A stretch of 64,000 bases of DNA, taken from Escherichia coli. Lineage in GTDB: Bacteria > Pseudomonadota > Gammaproteobacteria > Enterobacterales > Enterobacteriaceae. The position numbers and the translations under genes are program-made. The notes below the pieces were generated by a model that was not told where the DNA came from, ran no database searches, and saw only the letters and a list, made by a program, of their open reading frames with translations. Shown here piece by piece: positions 1-16,129 of this stretch (positions are counted from its first letter, which is position 1; each line of letters opens with the position of its first letter). Where the stretch lies: the NCBI RefSeq assembly GCF_030384885.1, contig NZ_CP128613.1. One strand, given 5' to 3'.

Positions 1-256
1 AACCAATCAAAATGCGTTTACGACCATAACGGTCCGCCAGCATTCCGCCAACCAGCGCGCCGGGTAGCAAACCGAGTATTCCGGCACTGAATATCCAGCC
101 CATTTGCATTTTATCGAGTGCAAAAGCCTGGGCGATGCCACCCGCCGCAATGCCAGCCGCCTGAAGATCCAGTCCTTCCATCAGAGCGACTAAAAAACAA
201 AGCCCGATGGTCAGCATCAGGCGGGATGAAGATGATGAAGGGGTACGAGTCGACAT
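1..256 (-). CDS. mhpT: 3-hydroxyphenylpropionate MFS transporter, 5' portion (gene continues past window start)
   Basis: Reverse-strand translation from ATG (256-254) reads MSTRTPSSSSSRLMLTIGLCFLVALMEGLDLQAAG..., a hydrophobic MFS N-terminus; lies downstream of mhpE as in the E. coli mhp locus. Confidence 0.85.
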   Translation of the reverse strand, partial: MSTRTPSSSSSRLMLTIGLCFLVALMEGLDLQAAGIAAGGIAQAFALDKMQMGWIFSAGILGLLPGALVGGMLADRYGRKRILIG

Positions 257-344
257 AAGATGAACCTCGTTGCGAATGCAGGTGAATCGCGGCTGATACA
301 TTGCCAGCCGCGTAATCAAAACCATTTAATGACTGCCTACGGAC

Positions 345-535
345 GAAAGTAGGCCGGATAAGGCGTTTATGCCGCATCCGGCAGTCGTGCACAGATGCCT
401 GATGCGACGCTGACGCGTCTTATCATGCCTACAAATTCCCGCGCCATCCGTAGGCCGGATAAGGCGTTTATGCCGCATCCGGCAGTCGTGCGCCATTGCC
501 TGATGCGACGCTGACGCGTCTTATCAGGCCTGGGA
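345..535. repeat. REP/BIME cluster: four REP palindromes of two alternating types
   Basis: Two copies each of taggccggataaggcgtttatgccgcatccggcag and gcctgatgcgacgctgacgcgtcttatca(g/t)gcct in the mhpE-mhpT intergenic region. Confidence 0.85.
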
Positions 536-564
536 TGGGTATACAAAATGCACGTTGCCAGCAG

Positions 565-1580
565 TCAACATGATTTGTTGTTGCACAGATCCAGCGCCAC
601 GTCGACGATCATATCCTCCTGGCCGCCGACCATCCGGCGTTTACCCAGCTCAACGAGAATATCCACCGCGCTTAAACCATAACGCGCCGCCGCCGTTTCA
701 CAGTGACGCAAAAAGCTTGAGTAAACACCAGCGTATCCCAGCGCCAGCGTTTCGCGGTCGACACGTACCGGACGATCCTGCAACGGACGCACCAGGTCGT
801 CAGCGGCATCCATTAACGCATAGAGATCGGTCCCATGCTGCCAGCCCAGTTTATCCGCGGCGGCAATAAACACTTCCAGCGGTGCGTTACCTGCACCCGC
901 GCCCATCCCCGCGAGGCTGGCGTCAATGCGGTCACAGCCCTCTTCCACCGCCGCGATAGAGTTCGCCACGCCAAGACTCAAGTTATGGTGAGCATGCATG
1001 CCGGTTTGCGTTTCCGGTTTCAGCACCGCTTTCAGGGCGCGGAAACGGTCACGGATATCGCTCATGTTCATCGCACCGCCAGAATCCACCACATAAATAC
1101 AGGTCGCACCGTAGCCTTCCATCAGCTTTGCCTGTTTTGCGAGATTCTCTGGCGTGGTCATGTGGCTCATCATCAGAAAGCCAACGGTATCCATTCCGAG
1201 TTCGCGGGCATACTGAATATGCTGAGCGGAAACATCAGCTTCGGTGCAGTGCGTAGCCACACGAACCACCCGCGCGCCAGCCTGCCAGGCATTTTTCAGA
1301 TCGTGAATAGTGCCAATTCCTGGCAGCAATAACGTCGCGATTTTGGCGTGCTTCACCACATCCGCCGCTGCTTCAATCCATTCAAGGTCGCTATGCGCAC
1401 CGAAACCATAGTTAAAGCTGGAACCCTGCAAACCATCGCCGTGGGCCACTTCAATCGAATCCACGCGGGCATCATCCAGTGCTTTGGCAATCTGGCGAAC
1501 ATTTTCAAGTGAATACTGATGACGAATGGCGTGCATACCGTCACGCAACGTGACGTCTGAAATATAAAGTTTTTTACCGT

Positions 1581-1584
<4 letters not shown>
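565..1584 (-). CDS. mhpE: 4-hydroxy-2-oxovalerate aldolase
   Basis: 339-aa [28 protein letters not shown]..., HMGL-like aldolase; start overlaps mhpF stop. Confidence 0.95.
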
Positions 1585-3346
<1,762 letters not shown>

Positions 3347-4213
3347 TTAAGGACGTGCGAGGAAATTCAGCACCAGTTGATTGAAAGCGTCGGCATGTTC
3401 CCACTGAGCCCAGTGACCACAGTCGCGGAAGATATGCAGCTCAGAACCGGCGATGCCAGAAAGCAGACGCAGCCCTGCATCCATCGGCACAAAACGGTCG
3501 TTACGCCCCCAGACAATCAGAGTTTGCGCTTTGATTTCCGTCAGACGTGGGCCAAAATCCGGGAACTGTTTCGGATTGGCTTCCAGGCTCTTAACGAAGT
3601 TTTCCAGGTGATCGCGGCGCGACAGCATATTATTCAGGCGCGCTTCAAACAGGGCGTCGGTCAAATCGCTGGTATCGAAAACGAAGATATCCATCATCAG
3701 CTTCAGATTTTCGATAGTCGGCTGGCGATAAAGCTGATTCAGTCGCTTAATGCCTTCAGTTGGCATCGGCGTAAACAAACTCATGCCACCTGTACCGCCG
3801 CCCATCAGCACCAGTTTGCCGACGCGCTCCGGCCAGTTAAGGGTGAACGCCACAGAACTGTGGCCGCCCATCGAGTTGCCCAGCAGGTGGATTTTGGCGA
3901 TATCCAGTTGATCCACCACGCTTTTCAGGATGCGCGCATTGAGATCCGATCGCGAACCACTGTTAACGATCGAATCGCTCTTACCCCAACCAGGACAATC
4001 CAGCAGGATCACCCGATAACCAGCTTCTACCAGCGGATCGATATTGCGGCTGAAGTTCGCCCAGCCCGTAGCCCCCGGGCCGGAGCCGTGCAGCAGGACA
4101 ACGGTTTCGTCGCCTTGACCGCAGTCATTAAAATGGATGCGCAGCGTTTTACCCGCTTCTTCTACATTCAGAAAACGGCTGGTGGCGGCTTCGGTTTGTG
4201 GCTGATAACTCAT
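3347..4213 (-). CDS. mhpC: 2-hydroxy-6-ketonona-2,4-dienedioate hydrolase (alpha/beta hydrolase)
   Basis: ORF is open to 4276 (309 aa); the 288-aa form starting [22 protein letters not shown] at the ATG ending at 4213 avoids overlap with mhpB; GNSMGG nucleophile elbow present. Confidence 0.9.
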   Translation of the reverse strand: MSYQPQTEAATSRFLNVEEAGKTLRIHFNDCGQGDETVVLLHGSGPGATGWANFSRNIDPLVEAGYRVILLDCPGWGKSDSIVNSGSRSDLNARILKSVVDQLDIAKIHLLGNSMGGHSSVAFTLNWPERVGKLVLMGGGTGGMSLFTPMPTEGIKRLNQLYRQPTIENLKLMMDIFVFDTSDLTDALFEARLNNMLSRRDHLENFVKSLEANPKQFPDFGPRLTEIKAQTLIVWGRNDRFVPMDAGLRLLSGIAGSELHIFRDCGHWAQWEHADAFNQLVLNFLARP

Positions 4214-4230
4214 CATCTTCTCCTGCATAT

Positions 4231-5175
4231 TCAGTTCTCTGTTCTGGCGCTTAACGAGCCAAATCCGGCAATCCACTCCGGGATCGGGCGGTAATAACGC
4301 CCTTCGCTACGCCAGTTGCCAAACGCAGAAATAGCGGCAAAAGCAGCGACCCAGGTTTTGATTTCATGTGTCGACTTTCCTGCAATGGCGGAAAGCTCTT
4401 CGTTACTGACGGCATCCAGTTCCTGTATGCGTCCCTGCTCCAGCAAAGACATGAACTGGTTATCCCAAATCGGGTTGAGCGGATGCAGAGTTCTCTGATC
4501 CTCAACAAACCTCTCAGCGGCGCTAATCACCCGTTGCTGGCGCATTTCGCGCTCATTGGCGGGCAAATCTTTCCCGCTACCCAACAGACGATCGCGCATA
4601 TGGGCATCCGCTTTCGCCAGTTCTGGCACCGGCGGCTGATGGGAAAGCCCACCGGAACCCAGGAACAGCACGCGCTTATTCAGCGTGCTGGTGAAACGTC
4701 CAATGGCTTCACCCAACATGCGGGTACGCTGAAAACCAGGTAGCGGCGTGGCGACACCGTTGATGAATACAGGCAGGACCGGCACCTTATCCAGCCCACC
4801 GAGCAAGAACTCCAGCGGCTGGGCGAACCCATGATCCACCTGCATACAGTAAGAAACGGCAAGATCAATCCCGCTCTTCATGACGGCATGCGCACAAGCC
4901 TCCGCCAACTCCACAGGCACAGGAAGCTCTCCTGCCGCACTGCCGAAATCGCCAATTGCCGTCGCCCCAACGCCTAAACAGAAGGGTGGCATCACGTCAT
5001 AGAAAAAACCGTTGTAATGATCTGGCGCAAACAGCACCACCAGTTCAGGGGAGAAGGCCGCAATACGCTCGCGGGCACTGGCAATCACGCCATTGACCTC
5101 ATCGAGTATCTCTTGCGCCGGGTCGACATACCCTACCAGCGGCGAGTGGGAAAGACAGTGAAGATAAGCGTGCAT
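4231..5175 (-). CDS. mhpB: 3-(2,3-dihydroxyphenyl)propionate extradiol dioxygenase
   Basis: 314-aa [25 protein letters not shown]... Confidence 0.95.
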   Translation of the reverse strand: MHAYLHCLSHSPLVGYVDPAQEILDEVNGVIASARERIAAFSPELVVLFAPDHYNGFFYDVMPPFCLGVGATAIGDFGSAAGELPVPVELAEACAHAVMKSGIDLAVSYCMQVDHGFAQPLEFLLGGLDKVPVLPVFINGVATPLPGFQRTRMLGEAIGRFTSTLNKRVLFLGSGGLSHQPPVPELAKADAHMRDRLLGSGKDLPANEREMRQQRVISAAERFVEDQRTLHPLNPIWDNQFMSLLEQGRIQELDAVSNEELSAIAGKSTHEIKTWVAAFAAISAFGNWRSEGRYYRPIPEWIAGFGSLSARTEN

Positions 5176-5176
5176 A

Positions 5177-6841
5177 TCAGGCTACCTTTTCGACAGAAAC
5201 GTCGACATCAGGGCGGTTGAGTGTCATCACGGACGCCAGTTTATTCAGCGTATTACCCAGAGTTTGCGGAATGGCGATGGCGGCAACAAAGCGATCCGGG
5301 CGCATCACCACCAGCGAAGCATTATGTTGTGCGAACCAGCTACGCAGGCGACCTTGCGTATCGCCCACGCGCAGCACGCCGGCGTGGTTATCCTGCGCGG
5401 TATGAATTTGCACATCCGGCACCACCTGAATGAAGCGAGTACCCAGCGCGCGCCATTGCTGGATTTGCTCATCGCTCATCCCCCACAGTGGATTGCATCC
5501 CCAGCCAATTACCGCGAAGTTCGCGCCGATCGCGTTATCGAGCAACGTCACGTCGCCGTTTTCCAGCGTAACTTTCGGCTGAATAAACATCTTGCCGACC
5601 GGAGAGTGTTTCGCTTCGCCTTCACGCACCAGCGCACCGGCGTAATATTGCGGCATCGGCTTGAAGCGCATTTCGAGAAAGTAGCGTTTTACTGGCGGCA
5701 GATAATTCAGCAGCCAGGAAACACCGTCACGTAACGTACCCTGCCAGCGTTTCGGCGGAGCCAGTACGTTGCCCGCCGTCACCGACAGATCAATCATCGC
5801 TTTGGCGTGATCGCGACGTTCTTGTTGATAGGTATCGAGCAGCGCATCGCGAGCTTTCCCCTGGATAACCAACGCCAGTTTCCAGGCGAGGTTAAAGGCG
5901 TCGCGCATACCACTGTTATAGCCCTGCCCCTGCCACACCGGCATGATATGTGCGGCATCGCCCGCCAGCAGTACGCGGTCAATACGAAAACGTTGTGCCA
6001 GTCGCGCGTTGTGGGTGTAGACACGCTGGCGAATCAACTCGACGTTGTCCGGATTAGGCAGCACTTTGCTTAACAGCTTGCGCATATTTTGCGGCTCGCG
6101 GAGCTGTTCTTCGGTTTCGCCCGGCATCACCATAAATTCAAAGCGACGTACCGCATGAGGCAGAGCCGCAGAAACATACGGGCGCACCGGATCGCAACAC
6201 AAATAGATATGCGGCGTACTTAACGGATCGTTGGCGATATCCACCACAATCCACTGATTTGGTGCGGTTTTACCTTCAAACGGCACATTCAGGGTGCGCC
6301 GGACAAAACTTGATCCACCGTCACAGGCTACCAGCCACTGGGCTTTGACCGTTTCCCGCTGCCCTTCTGCCGTTTTCAGATACAAGGTCACTTCGTCATC
6401 TTGCTGGCTGAAGGCCTCCAGCTCGCGGGAAAACAGGCAGCGCACATTCGGAAACCGCGACAACCCTTCCAGCATCACCGCATCGACCTGCGGCTGAATA
6501 AAGGCGTTACGACGCGGCCAGCCAAATTCATCGGTCATTGGCTGAATATCAGCAAAACAGCGGCCTTTTGGGGTAAGAAAACGCATCGCATGCCACGGCG
6601 TAGTGTGCGGCAGAACATTATCGACAAGGTCAACCGACTGCATGGTGCGCAGCGCCTCGTCATCAATTCCAATCGCGCGTGGATAGTCGATCAACTTATC
6701 GAGTTTCTCCACCACCAGCACGTCAATGCCCATCTGGCCGAGATAGTTCGCCATCATCAGCCCGACCGGACCGGCACCAGCGATCGCCACCTGAACGCAA
6801 TGGTTAACAGCAGGCTGGATGTCAGGGTGTTGTATTGCCAT
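5177..6841 (-). CDS. mhpA: 3-(3-hydroxyphenyl)propionate hydroxylase (FAD monooxygenase)
   Basis: 554-aa [38 protein letters not shown]... with GxGxxG FAD motif. Confidence 0.95.
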   Translation of the reverse strand: MAIQHPDIQPAVNHCVQVAIAGAGPVGLMMANYLGQMGIDVLVVEKLDKLIDYPRAIGIDDEALRTMQSVDLVDNVLPHTTPWHAMRFLTPKGRCFADIQPMTDEFGWPRRNAFIQPQVDAVMLEGLSRFPNVRCLFSRELEAFSQQDDEVTLYLKTAEGQRETVKAQWLVACDGGSSFVRRTLNVPFEGKTAPNQWIVVDIANDPLSTPHIYLCCDPVRPYVSAALPHAVRRFEFMVMPGETEEQLREPQNMRKLLSKVLPNPDNVELIRQRVYTHNARLAQRFRIDRVLLAGDAAHIMPVWQGQGYNSGMRDAFNLAWKLALVIQGKARDALLDTYQQERRDHAKAMIDLSVTAGNVLAPPKRWQGTLRDGVSWLLNYLPPVKRYFLEMRFKPMPQYYAGALVREGEAKHSPVGKMFIQPKVTLENGDVTLLDNAIGANFAVIGWGCNPLWGMSDEQIQQWRALGTRFIQVVPDVQIHTAQDNHAGVLRVGDTQGRLRSWFAQHNASLVVMRPDRFVAAIAIPQTLGNTLNKLASVMTLNRPDVDVSVEKVA

Positions 6842-7031
6842 TTCAGTACCTCACGACTCGGACAAAATGCCGTTGCGCGCACAGTTCAACGCAACTTATT
6901 TTGTTAAAAACATGTAAATGATTTTTTATTGTGCGCTCAGTATAGGAAGGGTGTTTTCGGCTACAATCAAAACATGCCTGAGTGTGCACCAAGTGCACAA
7001 CGTTGTTTTAACTATAGAAATGTCAATTAAT
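6842..7031. promoter_or_regulatory. divergent mhpR / mhpABCDFE control region
   Basis: AT-rich intergenic region between divergently oriented mhpA (-) and mhpR (+); individual sites not resolved. Confidence 0.5.
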
Positions 7032-7865
7032 ATGCAGAAAGATGTGCAGACGGAATACAAAACCGTGCGCGGCTTAACCCGCGGTCTAATGTTATTAAAT
7101 ATGTTAAATAAACTCGATGGCGGTGCCAGCGTCGGGCTGCTGGCGGAGCTCAGCGGCCTGCATCGCACCACTGTGCGGCGACTGCTGGAAACGCTGCAGG
7201 AAGAGGGATATGTCCGGCGCAGTACCTCCGATGACAGTTTTCGTCTGACCATCAAAGTGCGGCAATTAAGCGAAGGATTTCGTGACGAACAATGGATTTC
7301 TGCACTGGCAGCCCCGCTACTGGGCGATCTGTTGCGCGAAGTGGTATGGCCGACAGATGTGTCCACGCTGGATGTTGATGCAATGGTGGTACGCGAAACC
7401 ACCCACCGTTTCAGCCGTTTATCTTTTCACCGGGCAATGGTCGGACGGCGTTTACCGCTCCTGAAAACCGCCTCGGGACTGACCTGGCTGGCCTTTTGCC
7501 CGGAACAAGAACGCAAGGAGTTAATCGAAATGTTAGCCGCCCGCCCCGGTGATGACTATCAACTGGCACGGGAACCGTTAAAGCTGGAAGCCATTCTGGC
7601 GCGCGCACGCAAAGAGGGTTACGGACAGAACTACCGTGGCTGGGATCAGGAAGAGAAGATCGCCTCCATTGCCGTGCCCCTACGCAGTGAACAACGGGTG
7701 ATTGGCTGTCTGAATCTGGTGTATATGGCAAGCGCAATGACCATCGAACAGGCAGCGGAAAAGCATCTTCCGGCGCTACAACGGGTAGCAAAACAGATCG
7801 AAGAAGGGGTTGAATCGCAGGCTATTCTGGTGGCCGGACGGCGAAGCGGCGTGCATTTACGCTAG
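7032..7865 (+). CDS. mhpR: IclR-family transcriptional activator of the mhp operon
   Basis: 277-aa protein from ATG 7032, MQKDVQTEYKTVRGLTRGLMLLNML...; the listed ORF from 6918 is an upstream extension. Confidence 0.9.
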   Translation: MQKDVQTEYKTVRGLTRGLMLLNMLNKLDGGASVGLLAELSGLHRTTVRRLLETLQEEGYVRRSTSDDSFRLTIKVRQLSEGFRDEQWISALAAPLLGDLLREVVWPTDVSTLDVDAMVVRETTHRFSRLSFHRAMVGRRLPLLKTASGLTWLAFCPEQERKELIEMLAARPGDDYQLAREPLKLEAILARARKEGYGQNYRGWDQEEKIASIAVPLRSEQRVIGCLNLVYMASAMTIEQAAEKHLPALQRVAKQIEEGVESQAILVAGRRSGVHLR

Positions 7866-7979
7866 TTGCGCCAATGTGTAATTTGGCCCATTTTCATCGT
7901 TATTCGCCCATTTGCCCACATGCACAGTACGGGCTGCACGCTACGCTAATGCCATCAATACTGTGATGTGGAGCAAATC

Positions 7980-8756
7980 ATGAAAATTACTCAAATTCGT
8001 AATGCCACCCAAATTATCCAATACGCTGGCAAAACATTTCTTATTGACCCGTTACTCGCGCCTAAAGGAAGTTATCCGGGTTTTGCCGGAACGGCACGCG
8101 CAGAAATCCGCAATCCAACGGTAGAATTACCGTGTGATTTAACAACGTTACTCAACGTTGACGCCCTAATAGTGACCCATTTGCATGAAGATCACTGGGA
8201 CGAAACAGCCTCCCGCGTCGTCCCCAAAGATAAACAGATTTATGTGCAAAATGAGCAAGATGCTGAATCACTGCATAAACAAGGATTTACGCATCTTACC
8301 GTACTTGCCGACGAGACTAAATTTGGCGATATTACTCTGCATAAAACGACAGGGCAGCACGGCTCCGATCGCACCTATGCAGACCCGGCTATGGCGAAGC
8401 GTTTAGGCGCAGCCTGCGGCGTTGTTTTCCAGCACCCGACAGAGAAAACGCTCTATCTGGCTGGCGATACCCTCTGGCGTGATGACGTCGAGGCTACAAT
8501 GCTAACTTTCCAACCAGAAGTGGTGGTGTTGAATGCCGGATTTGCGCATGTTCTGGGGCATGGCGCGATAATTATGGGAGCTGAAGATATTCTCAAAACA
8601 CATTTTACCCTGCCAGAAGCGCAAATTGTCGCGACACATATGGAGGCCGTAAACCACTGTTTGCTGACGCGTGATGCGCTCAAGGAATACGCCAGAGATA
8701 ATCAAATTATCGAATTTGTGAACGTACCAGAAGATGGTGAAACGTTGACATTCTAA
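7980..8756 (+). CDS. MBL-fold metallo-hydrolase (possible lactonase / glyoxalase-II-like), function unknown
   Basis: 258 aa from ATG 7980 (GGAG 7 nt upstream); metal-binding motif THLHEDHWD (HxHxDH); no signal peptide. Confidence 0.75.
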   Translation: MKITQIRNATQIIQYAGKTFLIDPLLAPKGSYPGFAGTARAEIRNPTVELPCDLTTLLNVDALIVTHLHEDHWDETASRVVPKDKQIYVQNEQDAESLHKQGFTHLTVLADETKFGDITLHKTTGQHGSDRTYADPAMAKRLGAACGVVFQHPTEKTLYLAGDTLWRDDVEATMLTFQPEVVVLNAGFAHVLGHGAIIMGAEDILKTHFTLPEAQIVATHMEAVNHCLLTRDALKEYARDNQIIEFVNVPEDGETLTF

Positions 8757-8775
8757 TTCGGAGATAAAGAGTGTT

Positions 8776-9729
8776 ATGCGCCCGCTAACTGTTGCCATTA
8801 TCGCCGTTGCCGGTTTTAGTCCTTTTCACCTTTCCGTACCGTTTATCGTGTTTAGCGAAAAAATGGCGGAGAAAAAACGCTTTCATGTAATTATCTGCGC
8901 TGAAAAGCCGGGAAATGTGGACTCTGCCGATGGGTTTTCCGTAACCGCCACCCATGACTATACGGCAGTCATCCAGGCGGATATTGTGATAATTCCTTAC
9001 TGGGGAACAATTACACAAAAACCGCCACAAAAACTGCTGGAAGCCTTAACGACCGCACGAGATAACGGGGCACAGATTGTCGGGCTTTGCCTGGGCACGT
9101 TTGTGCTCGGCTATGCAGGTTTACTGAACAATAAGCGTGCTGCCACGCACTGGGAGTTCGAGCGTGAATTTCAGGCACGTTTTCCACAAACACATCTGGA
9201 TATTAACGCGTTGTATGTAGACGATGATGGCATTATTACCTCTGCCGGTACTGCCGCGGCGCTGGATTGCTGTTTGTATATTGTTCGGCAACATTTTGGC
9301 AGCGACTATGCTAACCATATTGCCCGACGGATGGTCGTACCGCCATATCGCACCGGCGGTCAGGCGCAGTTTATAGAGCAACCGGTGCCGAAAAATACCC
9401 ATGATGAACGCATTAACCTCCTGCTGGATTACCTGCGGCAAAACATTGCGCAACAGCATGATCTCGACTCGCTGGCTCAGCGAGTAATGATGAGTCGCCG
9501 CACACTAACCCGTCATTTTATGAAAGCGACCGGTTCGAGTATCGCCGAATGGCTCATCACTGAACGCTTACGCCGTAGCCAGGAACTGTTGGGATCCAGT
9601 CAGTTGCCCGTTGAGCGGATAGCGGCTGAGGTGGGTTTTCTCTCACCTGTGACCTGGCGTCAGCATTTTAAATCTCACTTCGGCGTCAGCCCCGCAGAAT
9701 GGCGCAAAACCTTTCGTGGTATGGCATGA
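8776..9729 (+). CDS. GlxA-family transcriptional regulator (N-terminal DJ-1/PfpI-like domain, C-terminal AraC-type HTH)
   Basis: 317 aa; N-terminal part has the nucleophile-elbow-like IVGLCLGTF; C-terminal RRTLTRHFMKATGSSIAEWLITERLRRSQELL... is a typical AraC HTH pair. Confidence 0.75.
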   Translation: MRPLTVAIIAVAGFSPFHLSVPFIVFSEKMAEKKRFHVIICAEKPGNVDSADGFSVTATHDYTAVIQADIVIIPYWGTITQKPPQKLLEALTTARDNGAQIVGLCLGTFVLGYAGLLNNKRAATHWEFEREFQARFPQTHLDINALYVDDDGIITSAGTAAALDCCLYIVRQHFGSDYANHIARRMVVPPYRTGGQAQFIEQPVPKNTHDERINLLLDYLRQNIAQQHDLDSLAQRVMMSRRTLTRHFMKATGSSIAEWLITERLRRSQELLGSSQLPVERIAAEVGFLSPVTWRQHFKSHFGVSPAEWRKTFRGMA

Positions 9730-9730
9730 T
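9703..9730 (+). promoter_or_regulatory. lacI promoter (-35 GCGCAA, -10 CATGAT)
   Basis: Sequence ggcgcaaaacctttcgtggtatggcatgat matches the classical lacI promoter with one substitution; it lies inside the 3' end of the upstream regulator gene. Confidence 0.7.
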
Positions 9731-9765
9731 AGCGCCCGGAAGAAAGTCAATTCAGGGTGGTGAAT

Positions 9766-10848
9766 GTGAAACCAGTAACGCTATACGATGTCGCGGAGTA
9801 TGCCGGTGTCTCTTATCAGACCGTTTCGCGCGTGGTGAATCAGGCTAGCCACGTTTCAGCGAAAACGCGGGAAAAAGTGGAAGCGGCGATGGCGGAGCTA
9901 AATTACATTCCCAACCGCGTAGCACAACAGTTAGCGGGCAAACAGTCGTTGCTGATTGGCGTTGCCACCTCCAGTCTGGCCCTGCACGCACCGTCGCAAA
10001 TTGTCGCGGCGATTAAATCTCGCGCCGATCAACTGGGTGCCAGCGTGGTGGTGTCGATGGTAGAAAGAAGTGGTGTCGAAGCCTGTAAAGCGGCAGTACA
10101 CAATCTTCTCGCGCAACGCGTAAGTGGTCTGATCATCAACTATCCGCTGGATGACCAGGATGCCATTGCTGTGGAGGCAGCCTGCGCTAATGTTCCGGCG
10201 CTATTTCTTGATGTCTCTGACCAGACTCCCATCAACAGTATTATTTTTTCCCATGAAGACGGTACGCGGCTGGGCGTAGAGCATTTGGTCGCATTGGGTC
10301 ACCAGCAAATCGCGCTGTTAGCGGGCCCATTAAGTTCTGTCTCGGCGCGTCTGCGTCTGGCGGGCTGGCATAAATATCTTAAACACAATCAAATTCAACC
10401 GATAGCGGAACGGGAAGGCGACTGGAGCGCCATGTCCGGTTTTCATCAAACCATGCAGATGCTGAATGAGGGCATCATTCCTACCGCGATGCTGGTTGCC
10501 AACGACCAGATGGCGCTGGGTGCAATGCGCGCCATTACCGAGTTCGGGCTGCGCGTCGGCGCGGATATCTCGGTAGTGGGATACGACGATACCGAAGACA
10601 GCTCGTGTTATATCCCGCCATTAACGACCATCAAACAGGATTTTCGCCTGCTTGGGCAAACCAGCGTGGACCGCTTGCTGCAACTCTCTCAGGGCCAGGC
10701 GGTGAAGGGCAATCAGCTGTTGCCCGTCTCACTGGTGAAACGAAAAACCACCCTGCCACCCAATACGCAAACCGCTTCTCCCCAGGCGTTGGCTGATTCC
10801 TTAATGCAACTGGCGCGACAAATTTCCCGACTGGAAAGCGAGCAGTGA
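9766..10848 (+). CDS. lacI: lactose operon repressor
   Basis: GTG start at 9766 (GTG AAA CCA GTA ACG), 360 aa, MKPVTLYDVAEYAGVSYQTVSRVVNQ... Confidence 0.97.
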   Translation: MKPVTLYDVAEYAGVSYQTVSRVVNQASHVSAKTREKVEAAMAELNYIPNRVAQQLAGKQSLLIGVATSSLALHAPSQIVAAIKSRADQLGASVVVSMVERSGVEACKAAVHNLLAQRVSGLIINYPLDDQDAIAVEAACANVPALFLDVSDQTPINSIIFSHEDGTRLGVEHLVALGHQQIALLAGPLSSVSARLRLAGWHKYLKHNQIQPIAEREGDWSAMSGFHQTMQMLNEGIIPTAMLVANDQMALGAMRAITEFGLRVGADISVVGYDDTEDSSCYIPPLTTIKQDFRLLGQTSVDRLLQLSQGQAVKGNQLLPVSLVKRKTTLPPNTQTASPQALADSLMQLARQISRLESEQ

Positions 10849-10861
10849 GCGCAACGCAATT
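10841..10861. promoter_or_regulatory. lac operator O3
   Basis: gcagtgagcgcaacgcaatta at the 3' end of lacI. Confidence 0.7.
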
Positions 10862-10884
10862 AATGTGAGTCAGCTCACTCATTA
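10861..10884. promoter_or_regulatory. CRP (CAP) binding site of lacP
   Basis: taatgtgagtcagctcactcatta; TGTGA-N6-TCACT half-sites. Confidence 0.8.
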
Positions 10885-10896
10885 GGCACCCCAGGC

Positions 10897-10926
10897 TTTA
10901 CACCTGATGTGTCCGACTCGTATGTT
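10897..10926 (+). promoter_or_regulatory. lac promoter (-35 TTTACA, 18-bp spacer, -10 TATGTT)
   Basis: Hexamers and spacing identical to canonical lacP; spacer sequence differs. Confidence 0.85.
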
Positions 10927-10932
10927 GTATGA

Positions 10933-14045
<3,113 letters not shown>

Positions 14046-14051
14046 TAATAA

Positions 14052-15350
<1,299 letters not shown>

Positions 15351-15415
15351 GTAATCAATGTCGGATACGGCGCACGCGCCTTATCCGACCAGCATATCAG
15401 GACAGAATGATCAAA

Positions 15416-16027
15416 ATGAACATGTCGATGACAGAAAGAATAAAAGCAGGAAAGCTATTTACCGATATGTGCGAAGGCTTACCTGAAAAAAGACTTCGTG
15501 GGAAAACATTAATGTATGAGTTTAATCATTCGCATCCAGCGGAAGTTGAAAAAAGAGAAAGCCTGATAAAAAAAATGTTTGCCACGGTAGGGGAAAATGC
15601 CTGGGTAGAACCACCTGTCTATTTCTCTTACGGCTCCAACATCCATATAGGCCGCAATTTTTATGCAAATTTCAATTTAACCATTGTCGATGATTACACG
15701 GTAACGATCGGTGATAACGTACTGGTTGCCCCCAACGTTACCATTTCCGTTACGGGACACCCTGTACACCATGAGTTAAGAAAAAACGGAGAGATGTACT
15801 CTTTTCCGATAACGATTGGTAATAACGTCTGGATCGGCAGCCATGTGGTCATTAATCCAGGCGTCACCATCGGGGATAATTCTGTTATTGGCGCGGGAAG
15901 TGTCGTCACAAAAGACATTCCACCAAACGTCGTAGCTGCTGGCATTCCTTGTCGGGTTATTCGCGAAATAAACGACCGGGATAAGCAATATTATTTCAAA
16001 GATTTTAAAGTTGAATCGTCAGTTTGA
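15416..16027 (+). CDS. lacA: galactoside O-acetyltransferase
   Basis: 203 aa from ATG 15416, MNMSMTERIKAGKLFTDMCEGLPEKRLRGK..., hexapeptide repeats. Confidence 0.95.
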   Translation: MNMSMTERIKAGKLFTDMCEGLPEKRLRGKTLMYEFNHSHPAEVEKRESLIKKMFATVGENAWVEPPVYFSYGSNIHIGRNFYANFNLTIVDDYTVTIGDNVLVAPNVTISVTGHPVHHELRKNGEMYSFPITIGNNVWIGSHVVINPGVTIGDNSVIGAGSVVTKDIPPNVVAAGIPCRVIREINDRDKQYYFKDFKVESSV

Positions 16028-16039
16028 ATAAGCAAAATT

Positions 16040-16125
16040 GCCTGATGCGCTCCGCTTATCAGGCCTATAAGTTCAGTGATCTACGTAGGCCGCATCCGGC
16101 GTAAACAAAGCGCAGGAACGAGCGT
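16040..16125. repeat. REP elements
   Basis: gcctgatgcgctccgcttatcaggcct and taggccgcatccggcg palindromes between lacA and cynX. Confidence 0.7.
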
Positions 16126-16129
16126 CGCA

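Noticed and set aside
6918-7031. N-terminal extension of the mhpR ORF (315-aa form)
   Set aside because: The extension is AT-rich with no RBS; the 277-aa form starting MQKDVQTEYKT at 7032 matches the IclR family and leaves room for the divergent promoter.
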